Shown: piece by piece, positions 1 through 12,000 of the stretch
Numbering within the stretch: the first letter of the stretch is position 1
Layout of the letters: the number at the start of each line of letters is the position of its first letter
From: Acidobacteriota bacterium
GTDB taxonomy: Bacteria; Acidobacteriota; UBA6911; RPQK01; JAJDTT01
Direction: 5' to 3'
NCBI GenBank assembly: GCA_965263035.1
Contig: OZ253580.1
Span: forward strand, 5,568,001 to 5,632,000
DNA length: 64,000 bases
The notes under the pieces: model-generated
The model's input: only the letters and a program-made list of their open reading frames with translations
What the model was told of the DNA's origin: nothing
The model's database searches: none
Program-made: the position numbers and the translations under genes

Positions 1-3000
1 TCCCTGATCGTCAGCGTCACGCCGGACGGACCCGTCACGCCCTGGTCGTTGGTCGACGTCCCGGACACCTGCACCGTCTTGTCGGGGGCGTCCACATCGT
101 TGTTGTTGGCGCTGATCGTCACCGTCCCGGTGCTGCGTGTCTGACCTGCCTCGATCGTCAGCATCTGGTTGGTGCTGACCGTGAAGTCCTCCGCCACCGC
201 CGGACTCACCGGCGTCGCCGAGACCGTCACCGTCGTCGGCTCACTCGACACCCGGTCCAACCGCGCCGTCACCGTGCTCGACCCTCCGTTTTCACTGATC
301 GAATACGATGTCAGCAACCAGGTCACCGTCGGGGCCGGCTCCGCCGGCTCCTCCATGAACGCCGCCGCCCCGTTGCCCACCTTGTCCTGAATCGGATTGA
401 ACCCCGGCGTATAGGTCACCGTCACCGCTTCGCCCGCCGCCACCGGCGAGGCCAGCCGTAGCGTGACCTTCTTTCCACTCACTTGGACCTGGATCACCGC
501 ACGATCATTCCCCGCCACCGCCACCGTGAAGTCGGACCCCAAAGGCACCGAGCCCTCATCCAGCGCCTCGTCGTAGGTCAACGTCACCCGCGACTCATGC
601 ACCGTCACGCTCTCCCGCTCCGGCTCCACGCCGTCCACCCGGTGGCCCGCCTGCGCCGGCAATGCTTCATAACTCCGCGCCGCCAGATTGCCCGCCGAGT
701 CCTCGATCCTGCCCCCGTTCAAGTCGATCCGGTCGGCAGCAATGCTCACCCCGTCCGGGTCCAGGTCCCCTTTCTCCACCGTGTAGACGAACACCACCGT
801 CGCCGATTCCGGACCGGCGCCGGCCCGGGCCGCCTTCCGCCGATTGCCCACCGTCAGATCCAGCGTCGGCGTCCCCTGCGTGGTGACCACCCTCACCGGC
901 TCGTCGTAGCGCACCGTCACCTCGATCGCGTCCCCGGCCGCGTAGGTCTGGTCGGTCCCCGGGTTCGAGCTGAGCTCGATCTCTTCCAACGCCGGCGCGG
1001 TCGTGTCCGGCGTCCGGTTGTCCACCCCCTGGTCCGTGAACGCCCCGGCGTCGTTGCCTGCCACGTCCTGGATCGGATTCGACCCCGGCTGGTAGCTCAC
1101 CCGGATCCCCGTCTCTTCGTGCTCCGCCGCCGGATTCACCGTCAGCTCCACCGCGCTCCCGCTCACCTGCACCCCGGTCACCGTTCGCGTCGCATTCCCG
1201 CCCGTCACCGTGTAGGCGCTCGGCGCCGGCCTCGACGACCCGTTCAACGGCTCGTCATAGGTCAGCGTCAGCGTCGATCCGTTCATCGTCGCCCTGTCCA
1301 TAGGGGCCAGACCCGGAGCCACGCCGTCCACCTTGTGCTCCGAATCGTCCCCGACCGCCGCGTGGTCCAGGATCGCGTTATTGCTGGCCCCGTCCCGGAT
1401 CGACCCGGTGCCCCGCGACAGGCGGTTCGCCTCGATGCTCACTCCGTCCGGGTCGTTGTCGCCGACCCCCACTGCGTATCCGAACCTTACGGCGGCCCCG
1501 GTGACGCTTTGGTACTCCGCCGTTCGATCCCCGCCGCCGACGTTCAAGATCAACCGGGGCGTCCCCGTCACCACGACCGTCTCGTCGAAGGTTACGGTCA
1601 CCTCGATCGTCTCCCCGGCCGCGTAAGTCTGATCCGACTCTGCATTCGAGGTGATCCTCACCATCTCGACCGCCGGCCCCGTCATATCTCCTGTCTGGTT
1701 GGTGACCTGCCGGTTGCTCAGGCTGTCCGCGTCGTTGCCGGCCGTGTCCTGAATCGGACTCTCTCCCATCTCGGTCGGTACCGTGTAGGTCACCCGCAGC
1801 CCCGTCTCCCCGTGCTCCACCGGTGGAGCCAGGGTCAACTCCACCGCGCTCCCACTCACCCGCACCCCGGTGACCGTGCGCGTCTGGTTGCCCCCCGTCA
1901 CCGTGAACGCATCGTTCGGTGGCATCGAAGACTCGTCCAACGCCTCGCTGTAGGCCAGCGTCAGCGTCGCCCCGTTCGCCACCGCAGAAGAAAACGTCGG
2001 TGCCGTATCGTCCACATCCTGAAGCCGGACGATAAAGTCCGCCTCCACGGGATTGAACCCGTCGGTGACTCGCACCCTGATTTCGTAGTCCCCGTCCCGA
2101 TTGGCGTCGTCCGGACTCTCGTAGTCCTTCGCCGTCTTGAACGCGAGTTCGCCGTCGGACGTCAGCGTGAACTTGCTCCCGTCCGCGCCGCCTGCGATCT
2201 CCCACTCCAGGTCCGCCACCGCTCCATCCTCGTCCCTCGCTGCCAACGTCGCCACCTCGGTCTCGTTCTCCGCCACCAGAAGTGGGGAGTCCGTCGTGAT
2301 CACTGGGGCGGCATCGTCATCGGTGATCGTGATCGTCTGCTGCGTGCCGACGGCGTTACGATTATGGGTGGCGGTGATCAGGACCGTCTCGTCGACGTCG
2401 ATGAGACGGTCGTTCACAGCAGTGACGGGGGTCGTCACCGAGTCGTCGCCCGCCATGAGGTTGAGCCTCTCGGAGTCCACCGTATAGTCCGTGTCCTTCT
2501 CCGCCGTCCCCGAGAAAGACAGCCGGATCTCCTGAGCCTCCGCGAAGGTCACTCCGTTCGTGATCCTCACCGTCACTGTCGAGCTCCCGGCCGCCTCCGC
2601 GATCACCGCCGGACTGACCTCCAGGGTCATCACCGGAGCCGCATCGTCGTCCGTGATGGTGAGCGTCACATCGGAAGGATCCGTCACCCCCTGACTATTG
2701 TTGGCGGAACCGGACACCCGCACCGTCTTGCCGGGCGCATCCACGTCGTTGTTGTTGGCTCTGATCGTCACCGTCCCCGTGCTGGTGGTCCGGCCCGCCG
2801 TGATGGTCAGCGTCTGGTTCCCGCTCAGGGTGAAGTCCCCCGACATGGCCGGGGAGACGGCCGTCGCCGACACCGTCACCGTCGTCGTCTCACTCGACGC
2901 ACGGTTCAGCTCCGCCGTCACGGTCGTCGACCCGCTGTTCTCGCTGATGGAGGCCGGCGACAACTCGAGCGTCACCGTCGGAGCGGTGTCCTCATCGGTG

Positions 3001-6000
3001 ATGGTGAGCGTCACATCGTCTGGGTCCGTCACCCCCTGGCTGTTGCTGGCGGAACCGGACACCCGCACCGTCTTGTCGGGTGCGTCCACCTCGTTGTTGT
3101 TGGCTCTGATCGTCACCGTCCCCGTGCTGGTGGTCCGGCCCGCCGTGATGGTCAGCGTCTGGTTCGCGCTCAGCATGAAGTCCCCCTCTACAGTCGGGGA
3201 GACGGCCGTGGCCGACACCGTCACCGTCGTCACCACACTCGATGACCGGTTCAGCTTCGCCCGGACGGTAGTGGATCCTCGATTCTCGCCGATGAAGGTC
3301 GGCGATAGCTGGAGCGTCACCGTCGGAGCTCCGTCCTCATCCGTGATGGTCAGGGTCACATCGTCTGGGTCGATCACTCCCTGACTGTTGCTGGCGGAGC
3401 CCGATACCCGAACCGTCTTGTTCGGTGTGTCCACGTCGTTGTCGTTGGCGCTGATCGACACCGTCCCCGTGCTGGCGGTCTGGCCCGCCGTGATGGTCAG
3501 CGTCCGGTTCGCACTCAGCGTGAAGTCCCTCGACACCGCCGGGGAGACGGCCGTCGCCGACACCGTCACCGTCGTCGCCACACTCGATGCGCGGTCCAAC
3601 CGCGCCGTCACGGTCGTGGACCCTCCGTTCTCGCTGATCGAATCTGCCGACAGCTCCAGCGTCACCGTCGGAGCGGTATCGTCATCGGTGATCGTGAGCG
3701 TCACGTCGGCCGGGTCCGTCACCCCCTGGTTGTTGCTGGCGGAGCCCGATACCCGAACCGTCTTGTTCGGTGTGTCCACGTCGTTGTCGTTGGCGCTGAT
3801 CGACACCGTCCCCGTGCTGGCGGTCCGGCCCGCCGTGATGGTCAGCGTCCGGTTCGCACTCAGCGTGAAGTCCCTCGACACCGCCGGGGAGACGGCCGTC
3901 GCCGACACCGTCACCGTCGTCGCCACACTCGATGCGCGGTCCAACCGCGCCGTCACGGTCGTGGACCTTCCGTTCTCGCTGATCGAATCTGCCGACAGCT
4001 CGAGCGTCACCGTCGGAGCGGTATCGTCATCGGTGATCGTGAGCGTCACGTCGGCCGGGTCCGTCACCCCCTGGTTGTTGCTGGCCGTCCCCGATACCCG
4101 CACCGTCTTGTCGGGTGCGTCCACGTCGTTGTTGTTGGCTCTGATCGTCACCGTCCCCGTGCTGGTGGTCCGGCCCGCCGTGATGGTCAGCGTCTGGTTC
4201 GCGCTCAGCATGAAGTCCCCCGACACGGCCGGGGAGGTGGCCATGGCCGACACCGCTACCGTCGTCGTCTCGCTCGACACACGGTCCAGCTTCGCCCGGA
4301 CGGTGGTGGATCCTCGATTCTCGCCGATGGAGGTCGGCGACAACTCGAGCGTCACCGTCGGAGCAGGGTCGTCATCGGTGATGGTCAGGTTCACGTCGGC
4401 CGGACCCATCACCCCCTGGCTGTTGCGGGCCAATCCCGACACCCGCACCGTCTTGTTGGGCGTGTCCGCGTCGTTGTTTTTGGCGCTGATCGACACCGTC
4501 CCCGTGCTGGCGGTCTGGCCCGCCGTGATGGTCAGCGTCCGGTTCGCACTCAGCGTGAAGTCCCTCGACACCGCCGGGGAGACGGCCGTCGCCGACACCG
4601 TCACCGTCGTCGCCACACTCGATGCGCGGTTCAGCCGCGCCGTCACGGTCGTGGACCCTCCGTTCTCGCTGATGGAGGTCGGCGACAACTCAAGCGTCAC
4701 CGTCGGGGCGGGCTCGTCATCCACGATCGTCAGCGTGACGTCGGCCGGGTCCGTCACCCCTTGGCTGTTGCTGGCGGAGCCCGACACTCGCACCATCTTG
4801 TTGGGTGCGTCCACATTGTTGTTTCTGGCGGTGATGGCCACCGTCCCCGTGCTGGTGGCCTGACCGGCGGTGATCGTTAGCGTCTGGTTCGCGCTCAGCA
4901 TGAAGTCCCCCGGCACGGCCGGGGAGACGGCCATGGCCGACACCGTCACCGTCGTCGTCTCGCTCGACGTATGGCTCAATGTCGCCATCACCATGGCGGA
5001 CCCGCTGTTCTCGCTGATGAAGGCCGGCGACAACTCGAACATCACCGTGGGCATGGCGCCCGGCATCGGCACGGCCACGGAAACCCGCGGACTGCGGCTC
5101 CCTTCGCCGCCATTGATCACGGCCGCCACCTGATAGACGTAGGTGGCGCCGGCAGTCACGTCGGTGTCGACGTAGGTGCGATTTCCGGTGTTCTCAGCGA
5201 GGATCTCGACGGTGGTTCCGGCAGTGCGGTAGAGGTTGTAGGTCCCACCGGAGATTGCGGACCAGGTCAGCGTCACCTGGCCCACCGTGGGTGTCGCCAT
5301 CAGGTTCGGGCCGGCGCGAACCTGATGGCCGAACTCCTGCCAGGTCGCCCCGCCGCCCCCATTCGTGTCCACCGAAAGGACCGGGTACTGGCCCGACGTC
5401 CCGAAGTCCCAGGGATCGTCGTTCATGCCGTCGCCGTTCAGATCCACGTTCCAGGTCAAATAGATGTCGCCGGCGGACGTGGGCAACTGCAACTCCGCCG
5501 TGGTCTTTGCTTGGCCGTTGGAGCCGCTGGTGCGTCCCGACGTGTCGGAATCCCAATAGCTGGCGGTGATGGCGCCGCCGCCGGTGTTCCGGCCGACCAG
5601 GCCACCGATTGTGCTGCGGCCCGAGACGAGACCGGTCGCATAGCTGATGTCGACGTCACCGGTGTTCCGGCCGATCAATCCTCCGGCCTCGTAATCCCCC
5701 ACGATTCGGCCCGTCGCGTATGCGGCCCTCACCTCGCCGCTGTTGGACCCGGCGAGGCCGCCGATGCGGTCGTCTCCCGTCACGTGGACGGTGGAGTAAC
5801 TGGCGGACACGGATCCGTCATCCAGGTTGGCGCCGGCCAACCCGCCGACATCGTCGTCGCCGGATACCGTGCCCGTGGCGAAGGATCCGCTGACGGCGCC
5901 GCTGTTGGACCCGACCAGACCGCCGACGTTGTCGGTTCCCGTCACCTGGACAGAAACCATCTCCAGGTTCCGGATGACGGCGGACGACCTGGTCGCGCCG

Positions 6001-9000
6001 AACAATCCAAGTTCGTTTTCGCTACTGTCGATAAACAGATTGGCGATGGTCCGACCGTTGCCCTCGAAGATCGCAGCGAAGCTAGAGAAGCTGCGGGATG
6101 AGTCACCGATCGGCTCCCAGCCGGCGCCGTCCTTCCAGTAGTCGTCGTCTGAGTCGACATCTCCATCCCTGTCGGTGTCGAAGTCCAGATCGGCGTTCAG
6201 TTCATATCCCACACAACCGACCAGGCCGCCGCAGGCCAGGGAACTGCCCCCGTTGGGGAACGCATCGGTATAGGCCGTGGAAAAATAGCCAAACCCAGTC
6301 AGGTCGTAACGGACGGCATCGAGCTGCGCCAGATTGCTGATTTCGATGAGGCCGTCGTCGTCGGTGTCGTAATCAACCGTCGTGGTGGGCAGAACGGTCA
6401 CCCTGAACTGCTGAGTCCTGCTCCGGTTGGACCCCTCGTCGGTAGCGGTCACCGTGATGGTCGTGCGGCCCTCGGCGACCGGGATGATCGTCACCCGTGT
6501 CCCCGAAAGAGTCACCCGGGCGACGGTGGTGTCCGAGGAGGACACGGCGTAGGCGATGGTGTCGCCCTCCGGATCCTGGAACGCCCCGCCCACCTCCGTC
6601 ATCGCCGAGTCGCCCACGAGCAACCACCGCCACCGCAAGGTGCCCACCGCCTCTGGACGTTTGTTGCCGGCCACCGTCACCGATACCGTGGTGCTCCGCA
6701 CGGCTTCGCCGCCATCCACCACCGCCACCACCTGGTAGATGTAGGTTTCAGCGGCGACGTCGGTGTCCGTGTACTCGCGCACGGAGAGGTTCTCGGCGAT
6801 GGCCTCGATGGTGTCGTCCTCTTCTTCTCGGGTCACGGTGTAGGAAACGCTCGGCGCCGGGGTCCATTCGCTATTCAACGGCGCCTCGGTCCATTCCAGT
6901 TCGACCTGGCTTTGCCCGGCATTCGTCGTCGCTGTCGCGGTCAGGGTTGGCCCGGACCGAAGCTGATAGCCGAACTCCTCCCACGTCGCATCGTCGTCTC
7001 CATCCACGTCCGCCCGCAGGGCCGGGTACTGGCTGGACGTCCCGAAATTCCAGAGGTTATCGTTCACATGGTCTTCATCGATATCCACGTTCCAGCTTCC
7101 GTAGATGCCGCTGTAGCCGGTGGGCGACTGCAGTTGCGACGTCGTTCTGCCCGAGCCGGGTGACCCCGATCCCTGCCCTGACGTGAGCGTATCCCAGTAG
7201 CTGTTGGTGATGGTCCCGCCGTCATCGTCTCCCACCAACCCACCATTGTTTCGGCCGTCCACGACGCGCCCCGTCGCATAGCTGGCAGTGATAGTGCCCT
7301 CTCTGTAGACGTGACCGACCAGCCCGCCGGCATTCGAACCATCAACGCTGCCGGTCGCGTAGCTGGCACTGATCGTTGCCTCATCGAACGGCGTAGCGAT
7401 CGTGCCGACGAGTCCGCCCGAGGTCGGCCCGGAGACCGGACCCGTCGCATAGCTGGCAGCGATCAATTTGAATTGGTGGTAACCGACCAGCCCGCCGGCT
7501 GAACTGTCCGAGGTGACCGGGCCGGTCGCGTAGCTGTAGACGACGTAACCGGTGTTGTAACCCACCAACCCGCCGGCGGCGGACGGTGCCCCGAAAGTAA
7601 CGATGATGTTTACACCGGGAGGAAACGGCGGTCTCATTCGCGTTACCGCCGCCGAGCTGCTGGAGAGGTAGACGAGCCTCAGATTGAGCCCGACCAGTCC
7701 CCCGACGTGAAGCTCTCCGGATACGTGCCCCGACGACTGGATGCCGCTGAGAAGGCCCTGGTTCTCCCCGACCAGCGCACCGGCAGCCCCCGTGCCCGAC
7801 ACGTTCACGTCAGCCAACGTGAGGTCGTCGACAGCGCCGCCCAAACCGATCCTACCGAACAACCCCGAGAATCCGCGCCCCGCAGTGAAGAGGTTGCTCA
7901 GGGTGTGTCCGTTGCCTTCGAATGTCGTGTTGAAGAAATAGGAAAACCCCCTGGAATCCCAGCCGATAGGCTCCCAACCGTCGCCATCGTTCCAGTAGTC
8001 GTCGTCTGAGTCGACCGCCCCATCCCCGTCCGTGTCGAAGTCCAAATCTGCGAGGAGTTCATACCCCGAGCAACCGTCCACGCCGCCGCACATTCGATCG
8101 AGCGCCGAGGGGAAAGCTGCCGCGTACGCCGCCACGGTGCCCGCGTAACCATTCCCATCGCGGTCATAGCGCATAGCATCGAGCTGCGCCAAATTGCTGA
8201 CGCCGATCAGCCCGTCGCCGTCGGCGTCGTAGTCGTGGCCAACCGTCACTCTGAAGCGCTGCGACACGCTCATATTGGACCCGCCGTCGTCGGTCGCCGT
8301 CACGGTGACGATCGTCCGGCCCGCGGCCACCGGCGTGATCGTCACCACGGATCCCGACCTGCTCAACGTGGCGACGGATGTCAGCGACGAGCTTGCCCCA
8401 TATGTCAGCGTGTCGTTGTCCGGATCCTGGAAGGCCTCCGCGACGTCTACCACGACCGCCATGGACCCCACTGTCAGCTGCCGATCTGCAATAATTCCCA
8501 CCGCTAACGGGGGCTGGTTCCCCGCGCCGGCGATCACCGCCACCGGCGCGCTACGCGCTGCTTCACCACCGTCCACTACCGCGGCCACCCAGTACGTGTA
8601 GTCGTCGCCGATCGTCACGTCGGTGTCGGTGTGGCTGAGCCCGGTCAGATTCGTCGCGATGACTTCGATGCTGGTTCCGTCGTCGCGATAGAGGGTGTAG
8701 CTGACATCCGGCGCCGGGCTCCAGGAACTCGGAATCGATATCGCATTCCAGCCGAGGACCACTTGGGCCTGGCTCGCCGTCGTCGCCGCCGTCAGCGTCA
8801 AGCTGTCGCGGACCTGGTAGCCGAACTCCTCCCATGTCGCTTGACTATCATCATTCAGATCCAGCGACAGGACCGGATACTGCGCCGTCGTCCCGAAATC
8901 CCAGGGATCGTCGTGCTCGTCATCGCCGGAAGAGAAGCTGCCCAGCTCCACGTTCCACGTGTCGTAGATGCCTGTGTAGTCCGTCGGTGTCCGCAGCTCC

Positions 9001-12000
9001 GCGGTGGTCTTCCCGCCCACGCCCAGCCGCAGCCGCTCCGTACCGTCGATCACGCCATTGTCATTCGAATCGTCCTGGCCCACTCCGACGCGCACCCCGG
9101 AGGTCTCCAGATCCCAGTAACTGGACTGGACCTTAACGAAGCGGCCACTGCCGACAAGCCCGCCGACTGCCGCCGTACCGGAGACCGCGCCCGTGGCATA
9201 GCTCACCTGGACATAACCACAGGAACTGCCGACCAACCCGCCGACGCCCCCGCCGGTACTGGTGGTGGTTTCTGCGGGTCCGGACAGGGTGAAGGCCCCG
9301 AGCAAATCACAAATGATGAATCCGGAATCCGAGTCCGTGAGTCGAGATCCACGACCCGACACGTTCCCGCTGGCATAGCTGGCCTCAATGAGCTGTGCCA
9401 CATCGCTGACGGCTCCGACCAACCCACCGACCGCGTCCATCCCCTCCACGTTCCCGGTGGCATAGCTGGCGATGGTGTCATTGAGAATCTGGTGCCCAAC
9501 CAACCCACCGACCGCGTCATTGCCGGACACATTGACGGCGGCCGAGCTGTGCCACACCGTGCCCCAGGTCCGGCCCACCAGGCCGCCCACTTCATCCTCG
9601 CCAGACACCTGGCCCCTGGCATGGTTGTCTACGACCGACCCATAGACGCCGTCACCCAGCAGGCTGCCCACCGCGTCGCGGCCGGTCACATATGCGCCAA
9701 TCAGGCTGACGCCAGTGATTCTGCTCCTATCGATAGCCCCGAACAGACCAACCCCGTCCTCGGTGTCCCGGTCGATGAACAGGTTGGACACGGTGCGACG
9801 ATTGCCCTTGAAATCGGCAATGAAGGGCGTGTCGGCCTCACCGATCGGCTCCCAGCCGTCGCCGCCGTTCCAGTAGTCGTCGTCTGAGTCGATATCTCCA
9901 TCGTCGTCCGTGTCGAAGTCCAGGTTCGCCGTCAGCTCGTAGCCCGTGCAGCCGTCGTCGCTGGGACACCCCATTCCCAGAGCACCCATGGGATAGGCGG
10001 TGTAATACGGCATCCAGATCGCACCATCCACCAGGCCATCGCCGTTCAGGTCGTACCGCAGGGCGTCCAGCTGCGCCAGGTTGGCGACATCGATCAGACC
10101 GTCGTTATCGGAATCGTAGTCCCTGTTTCCCGCTGTGACTGTGACTGAAAAAGAGTCGGTTGCGCTCAGGCCGTCGGGGTCGATCGCGCGCAACCTCACC
10201 ATGACGCGTCCGGGCGAGCCCGGGGTCATCGTTACCTCTGCACTGCTCAGAGTGATGGTCAGTCGGTCAGGGTCGCTCGATATCGCCTCATAGGTCAGCG
10301 TGTTGTTGTCCGGATCGTCGAAGACATCCTCCAAAGCGATGTCCACAGCATCGTCACCCGGAGCGAATGTCCGGTTGGATTGGGCACTCGCCACGGTGGG
10401 CGCCCCATTGCGGTCCGCCACCGCGACATCGACGGCATCCACCGCGCCTGGAGCCATCACGATGCCGGCCCCGGAATCGCGATCGACGCCGGTCGTCTCG
10501 ATGTCCAGGACCGCGGTTCCGGTCGTCATCCCTGTACGGAGCTGCGCCGGGGTGACTTGGCCCGGACCCCCTGCCGCCTCCAGCATCAAGGCCCCAATCG
10601 CCGCCGCGTGCGGCGCGGCAGATGAAGTGCCGCAGAAGGTCGAGAAGCCGGGCGTCGCCGTCGACACGCACGTCGCAGCGGTGAGGTCCGGCTTCTGCAG
10701 CAGCTTCCCGCCCGTCGAGGAGAAATTGCCGGCCGTGATCGCTGTGCCGTCCGGTTGGAAGAAGATCCGGCGCGGACCGTCCGAATTGCTCGTCCGGACC
10801 GACTCGGTCCCGTTGAAGACTTGGCCGGACCCGGCGGCGTCGCGCACGTCGACCATCGCCACACTGACCGCGTTCTCCGCCGCTGAGTGGCCGTACAGGT
10901 TGCCGGCGGTCTGGATCGCCAACCGTCCGTCGAAGGCGTGCACGCGCAGGTAGCGGTCCGATCCGGAGGTCTTGACGACGACTACAGTGAGTCCGGAGAA
11001 GTTGAAAAACGGCGAGAGGATGGACTCGACCGGATCTTGCGTTCCGTCCTGGATGTCCGTCGAGCTGGCGACCACGTCGCCGTCCTCATCGACCAGGAAC
11101 AAGTCGTAATCGCTCGATGAAGCACCCAGCGGGTCGGCCCACTGAAGGACAATGGTGCGAACCCCGGAAAACCCGGAGCCGCTCACCTCGTTCGCTTCCA
11201 CCCCACCGCCGAAATCGTGCCGGACGCCGAGCGTCTCACCGTCCACGATCAGCGCGGTTCCCGCGTCGTAGTCCCCCTCCCAGACCCCAGTAGTGCCATC
11301 GGTCAGATTGCCGTCGTTACCACCCGCCGAGAAGAAGTAACAGCCGCCAGCGACCGCCGCGTTGACCCCTTTCGCGACGATGTCGTCCTGGAAGGCTGCT
11401 TCATTGGTGTAGCCGATGTCGTCGACGATAACGTTCGCACCGGCCTCGCAGAGCGCCTCGATATTCGCTGCCATCTGCGCCTGGCCTCCATAGCCCGTCG
11501 CGAAATACAGCTCTGCCCCCGGAGCGAGATCATGGACGATCTCGAGCAGCGCCGTCCCTTCGTCCCCGCTACCCGCCTGTCCCGGCAGCACCGTCACCCG
11601 CGCTGGCAAGTCGTCCGTAGCCTGCCGGCCGGCAAGCGTCCTGACACCATCCGAGATCACACCGATCCCAATTCCAGTACCGTCGACTCTGTGAATAGCG
11701 CGCGTCCGTATCGCCCGATGGGCGACGTCACCCTCGGACGTGTTGTCCTTTTTGGTTACCGGGGCATCCGCTATCCGTGTCCGGGAGGTGGGTGAGAGCG
11801 TCGAGACTTGGCCGCGTGTCCTGGCCTCGTCGGCGGGCCGGATCGTTCGGATCGCGTCCAGCGCGGCAAGCATCTCCACAGTGCGCAGTGGAAGTTGTGC
11901 CCGGATAGCCTGGTACTTCGGTACGCTGCTGATGACCGTGCCTCCCAGCTCCCGGATACGGGTCAGGACGGCCGGCGTGACGGCGGCCCGGATGTCCACC

